DNA from: Candidatus Fervidifonticultor secundus
Lineage (GTDB): Bacteria > Sysuimicrobiota > Sysuimicrobiia > Sysuimicrobiales > Humicultoraceae
Length of the DNA: 64,000 nucleotides
Direction: 5' to 3'
Assembly (NCBI GenBank): GCA_031459385.1
Contig: JAVKIP010000004.1
Location: 64,001-128,000, forward strand
Positions 48,027 through 57,004 of this stretch are shown here, piece by piece. The position numbers and the translations under genes are program-made. A model generated the notes under the pieces. It worked only from the letters and a program-made list of their open reading frames with translations, searched no databases and was not told the origin of the DNA. Positions within the stretch are counted from its first letter, which is position 1. Each line of letters opens with the position of its first letter.

Positions 48027-49382
48027 ATGAGCGAGCGTGCACACTTCACGGCCCCGGTACTGCGGCGCCCTGCGGTACTGCAGCGCCCCGCGGCGCTGCT
48101 GCTTCTGGCCGCGGCCAGCGCGCTGGTAGCGACACAGGCGGGCGCGCAGGCACCGGTGCCCGCGGCGGCCCTGTGGTGGCTGGGCGGGGCGAACCTGCAA
48201 CGCGTCAACTTCACGCCGAAGCCGGGCGGGTTGACCGCCCCCCACGTCGCCTGGCGCCTGGCCTTCGAGACCACGGCATCGCCGGCGTCGGTCTCCCCGC
48301 CGGCGGCGGCGGACCTTGACGGCGACGGGCGCGTCGAGCTCGTCTACGGCGAGGGCGTGCGCGTGGTGGCCCTCGAGCCGCCGTTCCCCCGCCGCCGCTG
48401 GGAGTACTCGGTCTACGAGATCCGCGGGTTGATCCTCATGCAGCCGGCCGTCCTCGACGTGGACGGCGACCGGCGGCCCGAAGTCTTCTTCGCGCCGTAC
48501 CAGTCCGGCGGGAACTCGATGTTCTTCCGCCTCACCAGCCGCGGGCAGGTCGTCTGGAGCTTTCCGGTGCGGGCCTACACGAGCTACGCGAGCCCCGCCG
48601 TCGCCGACCTCGACGGCACCGGCCGCTACACCGTGATCTTCGCCGACACGCAGGGCACGGTCTACGCGCTGGACGCGGCCACCGGACGGCCGCGGTGGAC
48701 CTTCCCCATGGGGGGGAGCGCCGACATGAACGCCGCTGCCGTCGTCGACCTGGACGGCGACGGCAGGCGCGAGATCGTCATCGGCAACCACGGCAACGGT
48801 CAGATCTACGCCCTCGACAGCGAGGGCCGGCACCGCTGGGTCTACAACACCCACGGGTCGATCTATGGCGTCTCGGTCGACGACGCCGACGGCAACGGCG
48901 AGCTCGAGATCTACGCCGCCGACTGGAACGGCGCCGTGCACTCCCTGACGCCCCAGGGCCGGCTGCGCTGGACCTACAGGACCCCGGGCCCCGTGACCGC
49001 CTACAACGGCCTCGCCATCGCCGACCTCAACGGCGATGGCGTCAAAGAGGTCGTCTTCGGCGTCCAGAACGGCTGGGTGGTGGCACTGTCGCCCGCGGGC
49101 CGGGTCGTCTGGCAGTTCCAGCGCCGCGGCCACATCAGCGGGTCGGTGATCGTCGCCGACTTTGACCGCGACGGCCAGCTGGAAGTCTTCGCGGGCAGCC
49201 ACAGCGGAGCGGTCTACCTGCTGGCCGGCCGCACCGGCGCCCCCAAGTGGGAGCAGCAGCCCGGCGGCCGGATGGCCTACATGGGGATCACGGCCGAGGA
49301 CCTCGACGGCGACGGGCTCGTCGAGGTGCTGATCAACAACGACGAGCACCTCTACGCCTTCAGCCGGCCGCCGGCGCGCTGA
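48027..49382 (+). CDS. Secreted FG-GAP/PQQ-like beta-propeller protein
   Basis: Signal peptide, about 8 DLDGDG Ca-binding repeats, YALD..TG..RW blades; -10-like TACACT at 47967. Confidence 0.82.
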   Translation: MSERAHFTAPVLRRPAVLQRPAALLLLAAASALVATQAGAQAPVPAAALWWLGGANLQRVNFTPKPGGLTAPHVAWRLAFETTASPASVSPPAAADLDGDGRVELVYGEGVRVVALEPPFPRRRWEYSVYEIRGLILMQPAVLDVDGDRRPEVFFAPYQSGGNSMFFRLTSRGQVVWSFPVRAYTSYASPAVADLDGTGRYTVIFADTQGTVYALDAATGRPRWTFPMGGSADMNAAAVVDLDGDGRREIVIGNHGNGQIYALDSEGRHRWVYNTHGSIYGVSVDDADGNGELEIYAADWNGAVHSLTPQGRLRWTYRTPGPVTAYNGLAIADLNGDGVKEVVFGVQNGWVVALSPAGRVVWQFQRRGHISGSVIVADFDRDGQLEVFAGSHSGAVYLLAGRTGAPKWEQQPGGRMAYMGITAEDLDGDGLVEVLINNDEHLYAFSRPPAR

Positions 49383-49544
49383 GGGGCGCTGCGGGCGTCA
49401 GGACCGCGCGCCCTCTCCTGGAAGATACCGGGACGTCCGGCGGTGCGCCCGCGGCGAGCGCCTACTGTCGGGGCCCTCCCCGGGGTCGTCGTGCCTGTCA
49501 AGACCGTGCTGTGACCGCCCGAAGCCGCGGTTTCCGGACGCGCC

Positions 49545-50222
49545 CTACGTCGGGAACGATCGGTCGCGCAGCCAGCTCAGGGCGCCGGCTACCAGCGCGA
49601 CGTAGAGGACCGCCAGGCCCGCGTACTGCGCCGGCCGCGGCAGGGCAAACAGGGGCGCGAACGGCCTGACCAGCGCCCGGGGAACCAGCGGGATCAGGAA
49701 CGGCACGCGCTCCCGGTACGCCAGGTACCCCTCACCGAAGCGGCGCTCGTTCTCGCCCTCCTCGTGGATCATGAGGGCCAGGTAGGTACAGCACGCGGTC
49801 ACGAAGGCGATGACCGAGATCGGCCGCACGCCGACCAGCGAGAACCCGGCCAGCCCCAGGAAGATCCCCAGGTACTGCGGGTGGCGGACCACGGCGTACG
49901 GCCCGGAGGTGACCAGGCCCAGGCGGCCGCGGACGCTGTAGAAGTAGGCGTACGACCCCAGGAAGACCACTAGCCCCAGGGCAATGAGCGCCAGCCCCGC
50001 GTAGAACAGCATGACCCGCGTCTCCCGCGGCATCCAAATCGTATGGGTCACCAGCCAGCGGGTCTGCGGAAACCAGACGAACGGTGTCCACGGCGCGTAG
50101 ATGGCCACGAAGATGCCGACCGGCAGGAACATGTATCCCTGGATCACGAGCACCAGGCCCGGGGAGGCGAGAATGACCGGGGTCGCCTGGACCACGGCAC
50201 GCCAGATCTTGCGGATCGACAT
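49545..50222 (-). CDS. ICMT/PEMT family membrane methyltransferase
   Basis: LVTSGPYAVVRHPQYLG, EE..RFGEGYLAYRERVPFLIP; SD-like AGGGTGA. Confidence 0.82.
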   Translation of the reverse strand: MSIRKIWRAVVQATPVILASPGLVLVIQGYMFLPVGIFVAIYAPWTPFVWFPQTRWLVTHTIWMPRETRVMLFYAGLALIALGLVVFLGSYAYFYSVRGRLGLVTSGPYAVVRHPQYLGIFLGLAGFSLVGVRPISVIAFVTACCTYLALMIHEEGENERRFGEGYLAYRERVPFLIPLVPRALVRPFAPLFALPRPAQYAGLAVLYVALVAGALSWLRDRSFPT

Positions 50223-50490
50223 CGTGCAGTCACCCTGCATGTGGAGTCGGGGAGCGCCCCGCCACGGGGAGGACGTATTCGGGAGCCAGCGGGGTCTTCC
50301 TCCCCGGCGACCCCCTGCCTGCTCGGGGAACCTGGGGTCGGCCAGGGGACGGCGCCAGGCGGGCCCGGGTGAGCGCGATGGGACGGGTCCCCTGCCTGTG
50401 GGCCGGGCGGGTCGCCACAGAGGAGTCTGGCCGCCCCTGTCGAAGGATAAGCATGGTTGTAGAGCCTGCGAGCCGCCCGATGCCGGAGCC

Positions 50491-50532
50491 TTGCCGAGAA
50501 AGGGGGCGGAACGCTAATGTATACGTGGCGTT
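50491..50532 (+). promoter_or_regulatory. Candidate overlapping sigma70-like (TTGCCG-N18-TAATGT) and ECF-like (GGAAC-N17-GTT) promoters
   Basis: TTGCCG 50491, TAATGT 50515; GGAAC 50508-50512, GTT 50530-50532; AT-richer patch. Confidence 0.45.
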
Positions 50533-50539
50533 GTTGCGC

Positions 50540-50808
50540 TGCGTTCTCTGACTCCCGGCAGACTCCCGCATCCGGGGTGCCAGGTAAGTAGGTCTGGGCA
50601 GTTGTCACAGCGTGTCCGCTGCCGCGGCCGCAGAGGCTAAGCGGCCTTCCCGGAAAGGAGGGGTGAGCCAGGCAGGGAGGCGCGACGGCGGCGGGACGGC
50701 GGGCTGATCGGGAGAGACCGCGGAGGAAGAGGAAACACGCACACTCGTTCCCCCGCGGCGGCATTCCGTGACGCCCGTACTACCCAACAAAGGGGGAACG
50801 GACCAACG
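50540..50808 (+). ncRNA. Long structured 5' leader of the SLH-barrel gene; family not recognised
   Basis: Nested complementary segments and an anti-SD (see findings). Confidence 0.5.
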
Positions 50809-52539
50809 ATGAAGCAGTTAGCTGTGGTGCTCGCAGCGATACTGACGCTCACGCTGGTCGCACCCGCCTTCGCGCAGCCGTTCGCGGACGTGCCCACGGA
50901 CCACTGGGCGTACGACGCGATCGCCGAGCTGGCGGCGAAGGGCCTCATCGAGGGCTATCCCGATGGGGCGTTCCGGGGCGACCGCGCCATGACCCGCTAC
51001 GAGATGGCCATGGTGGTGGCGCGCCTGCTGGCGCGCATCGAGGCCATCAAGATCCCGCCGCTGCCGCCCGACCTGGTGCGCCGCGCCGAACTCGCGAAGG
51101 CGCAGGCGGCCGAGGCGGCGGCGCGCACCGCGCTCGACAAGCGCCTGACCAGCAAGCTCGCCACGATCCAGCGCCTGGTCGCCGAGTTCCGCGCGGAGCT
51201 CGCAGCCCTGGGCGTGCGGGTGACCGCGGTGGAGGAGGAACTGGCGGCGATCCGGGCGCGGCTCGACAACACCCGCATCGCTGGTGATCTGCGGTTCCGG
51301 TACAACGTCTCCGAGGCGGGCACCTCCGACGGCCGGCTGCGGACCCGGATTCAGTTCAGCGGCCGCGGCGGCCCGAACACCGAAGTGGTGGTGCGGCTCT
51401 TCACGGCCAACAACGCCGGCGTGGGCGGATCCTACGACACCCGGTTCGGCCTGCACACGTTCTTCGGGAACGTGTCGTTCGACCGTCTGTACCTCGACAT
51501 CCGGAACACCTGGGGCGCGACGCTGTGGCGGGCCGGCCGGCAGCACTACACGCTGAACGGCCTCGGCCCCTACGGCACCGGCCTGCTCTACGACCCGCAG
51601 AACGCCGTGGGGTTCGCGGGGTTCCAGGGCCGGCATCAGGTCTCGGCAGCCAACGCCGCGCTCGACGTTCCCTACACCGCGGGCATTCCCGGCACCAGCG
51701 ACGGGCTGCGCTCTGACTGGGCGCTCGGGCCGCTGAACGTGACGGCCGCGGTCTTCGTCGAGCGCGCCAACGTCGCCCTGCCGGCCGCCGGCGGAGTCAG
51801 CGCGGCGGTCGTGCGCGACAACCAGATCCTCACCGTCTCCAGCAGCCAGCTGCTCCCCGGCTGGACGCTGGCGGGCAGCTACTACAACCAGGCCATCAAC
51901 CCCGTCAACCCCGCGAACTTCGGCGGGCGCGGCTGGGAGTTCGTGGCCACCGGCACGCTGTTCCCGGGCCTGTCGGTCTACGGCAACTACGCCTCGTGGA
52001 ACGGCAGGCCGGTCGCAGGCGGCCCCGACTGGGGGTCGGCGAACGCCTGGCGTGTGGGCGGGAACCTGAACCTCGCCCAGATCGCGGGCATCGCCGCCTG
52101 GAACCCGACCCTGGACTTCCAGTACCACCAGTACGGTCCGCTGCCTGCCGCCTGTGCCACGGCGCTGACCGTCGGCGGTGGCGGCTATAGCGCCGCCGGC
52201 GGCGGCTGCTTCCCGTCCCACACCTACGCCACGACCATCGTCGGGCAGGCGTTCGCCTTCAACATGCGGGGCTGGCTGGCGCGGCTGAACCTGACGATCA
52301 CGCCGCGCACCGTGGCCAGGATCCTCTACGAGGGCGGGACCGTGCTGTGCGCGAGCGCGGGCTGCGCCACGACCGGGAGCTACTACGAGTGGTGGCTGCG
52401 GCTCGAGCACACCGTGGCGCCCAACACAACCCTGACCCTGAACTACTACAAGGCCAACGCCTCGCCGGCGGCCCTGGCGGGGACCGCCACCGGCGACTAC
52501 CTGAACTTCTACCGGGCTGAGCTGCTGTACTCCTGGTAA
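50809..52539 (+). CDS. SLH domain + coiled coil + beta-barrel protein (OmpM/SlpA-type OM-peptidoglycan tether/porin)
   Basis: Signal peptide AFA-Q, single SLH (FADVPTDHWAYDAI..GYPDG.FRG..MTRYEMA), coiled coil EFRAELAALGVRV, beta strands, terminal LLYSW. Confidence 0.88.
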   Translation: MKQLAVVLAAILTLTLVAPAFAQPFADVPTDHWAYDAIAELAAKGLIEGYPDGAFRGDRAMTRYEMAMVVARLLARIEAIKIPPLPPDLVRRAELAKAQAAEAAARTALDKRLTSKLATIQRLVAEFRAELAALGVRVTAVEEELAAIRARLDNTRIAGDLRFRYNVSEAGTSDGRLRTRIQFSGRGGPNTEVVVRLFTANNAGVGGSYDTRFGLHTFFGNVSFDRLYLDIRNTWGATLWRAGRQHYTLNGLGPYGTGLLYDPQNAVGFAGFQGRHQVSAANAALDVPYTAGIPGTSDGLRSDWALGPLNVTAAVFVERANVALPAAGGVSAAVVRDNQILTVSSSQLLPGWTLAGSYYNQAINPVNPANFGGRGWEFVATGTLFPGLSVYGNYASWNGRPVAGGPDWGSANAWRVGGNLNLAQIAGIAAWNPTLDFQYHQYGPLPAACATALTVGGGGYSAAGGGCFPSHTYATTIVGQAFAFNMRGWLARLNLTITPRTVARILYEGGTVLCASAGCATTGSYYEWWLRLEHTVAPNTTLTLNYYKANASPAALAGTATGDYLNFYRAELLYSW

Positions 52540-52566
52540 CAACCGGGAGACGCAACTCCGTTGACC

Positions 52567-52598
52567 GAGCCCCCGGAGGCGCAGGCCTCCGGGGGCTC
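52567..52598 (+). terminator. Perfect 14-bp hairpin after the SLH-barrel gene (terminator or 3' stabiliser)
   Basis: GAGCCCCCGGAGGC-GCAG-GCCTCCGGGGGCTC; no U-tract. Confidence 0.7.
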
Positions 52599-52724
52599 AT
52601 GCGTTCCGGCGCCGGCGTCTGCGGTGCGTGCGTGGTTCCCTGCGCGGGCGTCGGCTGTCGCCGCCCCCATCGGTCGTGTACAATGGGGCGGGTCCGCATG
52701 TCTGCGAACTGGTGGTGAGAGGCG

Positions 52725-53006
52725 ATGCTCAAAGTGCTGGCCGTGGTGGCGCTGGTGGCGGTGGCGCAGATCCTGCCCAGCTGCGGAGAGCGCGGGGACC
52801 AGGAGTCCGGCGCTGCCAGCCAGCCCCAGGTCATCGGATGGGTCGACGAAAAGTACACCCGCATGGCCGAGACCTCGCCCTACCTCATCGTCATCAACCA
52901 GGTGGAGTACGGCGTGCCCTTCGAGTTCTGGCGCACCGTCGACGTCGGGGACCTCGTGAAGTACCAGGACGGCAGGTGGTCCATCGTGCGCCGGCGCGCC
53001 CGCTGA
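52725..53006 (+). CDS. Small hypothetical lipoprotein
   Basis: Hydrophobic leader with LPSC lipobox-like site, SD GAGG, TACAAT at 52679; OB-fold-like tail FWRTVDVGDLVKY. Confidence 0.7.
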   Translation: MLKVLAVVALVAVAQILPSCGERGDQESGAASQPQVIGWVDEKYTRMAETSPYLIVINQVEYGVPFEFWRTVDVGDLVKYQDGRWSIVRRRAR

Positions 53007-53031
53007 GGTCGGGCGCGGGCAGGCACCGGCC

Positions 53032-53424
53032 GTGGAGCGCAGCCGCGACTGGCTCGACGCAGCGCTGGCCGACCTGGAGCACGCGCGCAGCGACCGCGCG
53101 CGGGGGTTCTACAACTGGGCGTGCTTCTCGGCCCAGCAGGCCGCCGAGAAGGCCGTCAAAGCGGTCTTCCAGAAGCTGGGGGCCGAGGCATGGGGCCACT
53201 CCGTGGCCGACCTGCTGCGGGAACTCGACAGGCAGCGGCCCGTGCCGGCGGAACTGATGGATCGCGCCCTCGAGTTGGACAAAGCGTACATTCCGACCCG
53301 GTATCCCAACGCGCATCCCTCCGGCTCGCCCGCGGACCGCTATACCGACACGGAAGCCGGACGCCTCATCGGTCATGCCCAGGCCATCGCGGAGTTCTGT
53401 CAGGGTCTCGTATCCACGCTTTGA
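53032..53424 (+). CDS. HEPN domain protein (toxin-like)
   Basis: WL..A..DL..A, YNWACFSAQQAAEKAVKA, GHSV, YIPTRYPNAH (Rx4H). Confidence 0.9.
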   Translation: MERSRDWLDAALADLEHARSDRARGFYNWACFSAQQAAEKAVKAVFQKLGAEAWGHSVADLLRELDRQRPVPAELMDRALELDKAYIPTRYPNAHPSGSPADRYTDTEAGRLIGHAQAIAEFCQGLVSTL

Positions 53425-53749
53425 CCGGGACCAGCTGCTGGCGCTGCTTCGCCAGCGACTTCCGGCGCTGCAGGCGCGCCTGCCCCTCCGCCGCGTCGTG
53501 CTGATCGGCTCGTGGGCGCGGGGGCGGCAGACCGCCGCGAGTGACATCGACCTGCTGGTCGTCTACGACGGACCGCCCCGCGAGGACGCCTTCGCCACCG
53601 TCAAGCGCGCCCTGGGGATCTCCCAGCTGGAACCGCACGTCTACAGTGCTGCCGAGGCCAGGGCGGTGCGCGACCGGCTTGCCCGCATGGCCGCCGGCGG
53701 GGTGGTCGTGTTCTCCGACCCCGACCGTCCCTCCGTGAACTCGCCTTGA
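53375..53749 (+). CDS. Minimal nucleotidyltransferase (MNT) antitoxin-like protein
   Basis: VVLIGSWARG....SDIDLLVV (GSx10DxD); overlaps the HEPN 3' end. Confidence 0.88.
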   Translation: MPRPSRSSVRVSYPRFDRDQLLALLRQRLPALQARLPLRRVVLIGSWARGRQTAASDIDLLVVYDGPPREDAFATVKRALGISQLEPHVYSAAEARAVRDRLARMAAGGVVVFSDPDRPSVNSP

Positions 53750-53779
53750 GTGCGCACGGGCACACGCGCTGCCGGCATG

Positions 53780-53808
53780 TTGACCCCGACAGGGGCGCCG
53801 GGTATGCT
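53780..53808 (+). promoter_or_regulatory. Sigma70 promoter TTGACC-N17-TATGCT
   Basis: Near-consensus boxes with 17 nt spacing, followed by AGGAGG and GTG 53831. Confidence 0.75.
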
Positions 53809-53830
53809 CGCACCACAGGAGGGAGTCGCG

Positions 53831-54436
53831 GTGGCCCTGGAGCAGCGGGTCGACAGGTTGGAGGCAGCGCTCACGCGGCTGGCGGAGGCCCAGGCCCGCA
53901 CCGAGGAGCGGGTCGGCCGGCTGGAAGAGCGCATGGGCCGGGTGGAAGCGGCCCTGGCGCAGCTAGCGGAAGCGCAGGCCCGCACGGAGCGGCGGGTGGA
54001 AGAACTGGCCCAGGCCCAGGCCCGCACGGAGCAGGCAGTGCTGACCCTGGCCCAGCAGGTCGGGCGGCTCAGCGAAACGCTCGGCTTCACCCTGGAGGAC
54101 GTCGCCCGCGAGTTGACGCCGTCCTACCTGGCACAACGGTATGGCATCACGGTGGCCTTGCTCGAGCGGAGGTTCTTCCTCGTGGACGGCGAGGAGGTCG
54201 AGGTCGACTTCTACGGCGAGGGAATGCGGGACGGTCAGCGCGTGGCTGTGATCGGTGAAGTCCGCACCCGCATCTACGGGCGCGACGTCGAGGCCGCAGT
54301 GCGGACGGCTGAGCGGCTGAGGCTGCAGGTGCCCGGGGTGCCGGTCGTGGTGCTCTTCGGGTTCGTCATCCACCCGTCGGCGCGCGAGGCGGCGGCCCGC
54401 ACGGGGGCCATTGTGATCTCGTCGGTCGGGCGCTGA
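53831..54436 (+). CDS. Heptad-repeat coiled coil plus PD-(D/E)XK-like domain protein
   Basis: Three LA(E/Q)AQARTE repeats, then GFTLED, EVD and IGEVR motifs. Confidence 0.75.
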   Translation: MALEQRVDRLEAALTRLAEAQARTEERVGRLEERMGRVEAALAQLAEAQARTERRVEELAQAQARTEQAVLTLAQQVGRLSETLGFTLEDVARELTPSYLAQRYGITVALLERRFFLVDGEEVEVDFYGEGMRDGQRVAVIGEVRTRIYGRDVEAAVRTAERLRLQVPGVPVVVLFGFVIHPSAREAAARTGAIVISSVGR

Positions 54437-54454
54437 TCCTGCGCATCGGCGCCA

Positions 54455-54488
54455 CCTTTAATCCGGTCCGGTGAGGCCGGGAAGGAGG
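54455..54488 (+). promoter_or_regulatory. PyrR-binding RNA element overlapping the pyrD ribosome-binding site
   Basis: CCTTTAA-TCCGGTCCGGTGAGGCCGG-GAAGG matches the CUUUAA...RUCCnGnGAGGY stem-loop; upstream of pyrDFE. Confidence 0.85.
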
Positions 54489-54494
54489 GCCCAG

Positions 54495-55535
54495 ATGGGT
54501 TCCCGCAAGGCGGCCCGCAACAGCGCCGCGACACCGACACGAGTGCAGGCACCATCGTGCGACGTGCTCGCCGCTCCCTCCCTCGAAGTCACCGTCGCGG
54601 GTATCGTGTTTCCCACTCCGGTCCTGGCGGGCCCCGGCCCCGTCGAGTTCGGCCGGCAGGTCCAGGCCGTCTACGACCTGCGCGCCTTCGGCGGCATCAT
54701 CACCAAGTCGGTGAGCCTGGAGGCCCGGCCCGGGTATCCCGGGCCCACGATCGTCGAGACCACCGCCGGCTGGCTCAACGCCGTCGGCCTGAAGAACCCC
54801 GGGCTGGCGGCGTTCCTGGCGCGCGACCTGCCGTTCCTGCGCGCGCTCGGTCGCCCGGTGGTCGTCAGCATCGTCGGGCACGCCGTAGAGGAGTTCGCGG
54901 AGATGGCCGCCGTGCTCGACGACGAGGCGGGCGTGGCGGCGCTTGAGGTCAACGTTTCCTGTCCCAACGTGGCCGACGGGCTCTGGTTCGGCACCGATCC
55001 GGCGCGCACGTTCGCGCTGGTGGCGGCCGTGCGCCGCGCGACCCGTCGGCCGCTCTTCGTGAAGCTGGGCCCCAACGTGACCGACATCGTCTCGATCGCC
55101 CGGGCGGCAGCCGACGCCGGCGCCGACGGGCTCTCGCTGGTCAACACGCTGCAGGGGCTGGCGGTCGACGCCCGCACGCGCCGGCCGCGCCTGGCTGCGG
55201 GCCTGGGCGGGCTCTCCGGCCCCGCGATCAAGCCCGTGGCGCTCCGCATGGTGTGGGAGGTCGCGCAGCACCTGCGGCTGCCCATCATCGGGATGGGCGG
55301 AGTGCAGACCGCCGAGGACGCCGTCGAGTTCCTGCTCTGCGGTGCCCGCGCTGTGGCCGTGGCCTCGGGGCTCCTGGCGAATCCCCGGGTGGCGGAAGAG
55401 ATCACCCGTGGGCTGTGCCAGTTCCTGGTCGAGCAGGGCGTGGCGCGCGTCACGGATCTGGTGGGCCAGCTGGAGTTCCCGGGTGCCGTCACCGGGCCTG
55501 TGCCCGCGGGCGGCGCCCGCGCGGGCCGGGGGTGA
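54495..55535 (+). CDS. pyrD: Dihydroorotate dehydrogenase, family 1
   Basis: ITKS, NAVGLKNPG, NVSCPN, VKLGPN, LVNT, GGLSGPAIKP, IIGMGG; SD AAGGAGG. Confidence 0.93.
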   Translation: MGSRKAARNSAATPTRVQAPSCDVLAAPSLEVTVAGIVFPTPVLAGPGPVEFGRQVQAVYDLRAFGGIITKSVSLEARPGYPGPTIVETTAGWLNAVGLKNPGLAAFLARDLPFLRALGRPVVVSIVGHAVEEFAEMAAVLDDEAGVAALEVNVSCPNVADGLWFGTDPARTFALVAAVRRATRRPLFVKLGPNVTDIVSIARAAADAGADGLSLVNTLQGLAVDARTRRPRLAAGLGGLSGPAIKPVALRMVWEVAQHLRLPIIGMGGVQTAEDAVEFLLCGARAVAVASGLLANPRVAEEITRGLCQFLVEQGVARVTDLVGQLEFPGAVTGPVPAGGARAGRG

Positions 55536-55600
55536 TGCGCCCCGACGCGCTCTGGCCGGCACCGCCCCCGTCCGAGGCGTCCGCCCCGGAGGCGCGTCGC

Positions 55601-56308
55601 GTGACGTCGGCGTCACCGCCCCCGCTGGTGGTCGCGCTGGACGTGCCGTCGCTGCAGGAGGCCGTGCGTCTGGTCGAGGGCCTGCGGCCGGCAACGGACT
55701 GGTTCAAGGTGGGGGCGATCCTGTTCACGACGGCCGGGCCCGACGCCGTGCGCTCGGTCCACGCGGCCGGCGGACGCGTCTTCCTGGACCTGAAGTTCCA
55801 TGACATCCCCCAGACCGTCGAGGGTGCGGTGGCCGCGGCCGCCGACCTGGGCGTCGCCCTCGTCACGGTCCATTGCGCCACCGGGCCCGCGGCGCTCGAG
55901 GCAGCGGTCCGCGCCGCGCGGCGCAGCCCGCGCCTGCGCGTGCTGGGTGTGACGCGGCTCACCAGCGCGCGGGGGCGGGGCGGCGTCCTGGCCGCGGCCC
56001 GGGTCGCCTTCGCAGCCGGCCTCGACGGCGTCACCGCGGCCGCCGGCGAGGTCCGCGCGGTCAAGCGTGCCTGCGGCGCGGGGTTCCTGGTGGCGACGCC
56101 GGGGATCCGGCCTGCCGGCACCGACACCGGGGACCAGGCACGCACCGCCACGCCGCGGGCGGCGGTGCGCGCCGGCAGCGACTTCCTGGTGGTGGGCCGG
56201 CCAGTGGTGGCGGCGCGGGATCCGCTGGCCGCGGCCCGCGCGATCCAGGACGAGATCGCCGCGGCATGGGGCGATCCTGCCGCGCCGCCGTGGGGGGCAG
56301 CGACGTGA
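55601..56308 (+). CDS. pyrF: Orotidine-5'-phosphate decarboxylase (alternative start 55535)
   Basis: VVALD, FKVG, FLDLKFHDIPQTV, TPGIRP, GDQAR, VVGRPV. Confidence 0.93.
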   Translation: MTSASPPPLVVALDVPSLQEAVRLVEGLRPATDWFKVGAILFTTAGPDAVRSVHAAGGRVFLDLKFHDIPQTVEGAVAAAADLGVALVTVHCATGPAALEAAVRAARRSPRLRVLGVTRLTSARGRGGVLAAARVAFAAGLDGVTAAAGEVRAVKRACGAGFLVATPGIRPAGTDTGDQARTATPRAAVRAGSDFLVVGRPVVAARDPLAAARAIQDEIAAAWGDPAAPPWGAAT

Positions 56309-56354
56309 GCCGACAGCCCTCCATCGCGCGGACCGCGGTGGGGCGGAGCCACCT

Positions 56355-56942
56355 GTGAGCGACCGGTGGCTCGAACGCCTGCGGCAGCGCAAAGCCGTGC
56401 AGGAGGGGCACTTCCTGCTGACCTCCGGGAACCACAGTTCCGTGTACGTTCAGAACGCCCTGATCCTCCAGTATCCGGAGGACGCAGCCGCGATCGGCCG
56501 GGCGCTGGCGGCGCAGGTCCGCCACCTCGCACCCGAGGTGGTCCTGGGCCCGGCGCTGGGGGCCGTGATCGTCGTCCACGAGGTGGCCAGGGCGCTCGGC
56601 ACGCGCGGCATCTTCGCCGAGCGCGTGGACGGGCGCATGCGGCTGCGTCGGGGGTTCGCGCTCCGGCCCGGCGAGCGGGTGCTGCTGGTCGAGGACGTGA
56701 TCACCACCGGTGGCTCCCTGGCTGAGGTCGCCGACGTCGTGCGCGAGGCCGGGGGTCGCGTCGTCGGCGCAGCCGCGATCGTGGACCGCAGCGGGGGCAC
56801 GGTTGCGCTGGGCGTGCCGCTCGCGGCCCTCGTGACCCTTGACCTGCCGGTGTTCCCGCCCGACGGCTGCCCGCTGTGCGCGCAGGGGCTGCCGGTGGAG
56901 AAGCCCGGGAGCCGGGCCCGGCCGGGTGCCCGGGCCGGATAG
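56355..56942 (+). CDS. pyrE: Orotate phosphoribosyltransferase
   Basis: GHFLLTSG, LRRGF, VEDVITTGGS, IVDRS, PVEKPGSR. Confidence 0.93.
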   Translation: MSDRWLERLRQRKAVQEGHFLLTSGNHSSVYVQNALILQYPEDAAAIGRALAAQVRHLAPEVVLGPALGAVIVVHEVARALGTRGIFAERVDGRMRLRRGFALRPGERVLLVEDVITTGGSLAEVADVVREAGGRVVGAAAIVDRSGGTVALGVPLAALVTLDLPVFPPDGCPLCAQGLPVEKPGSRARPGARAG

Positions 56943-56948
56943 GGCTCC

Positions 56949-56995
56949 GCACAACATCTTGATGGTTCCCAGCGGATTTCCCCAATATCTGGGAG
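56949..56995 (+). promoter_or_regulatory. Tandem NrdR-box-like operators, 31 bp apart
   Basis: gcaCaAcATcTtGatg (56949-56964) and cccCaAtATcTgGgag (56980-56995) both fit acaCwAtATaTwGtgt at the strongly conserved positions. Confidence 0.72.
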
Positions 56996-57004
56996 TACGG
57001 TCAT

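Noticed and set aside
48055..48098. Imperfect 18-bp tandem repeat at the start of the FG-GAP gene
   Set aside because: Only about 2.5 copies, in frame within the signal region, with no spacers; not CRISPR.
50700..50770. Glycine riboswitch (GGAGAGACC) or c-di-GMP/SRP-like motif in the leader
   Set aside because: The required downstream motifs (CCGAAGG..CTCTCAGG; GCAAA; TCAGG..AGCAG) are missing.
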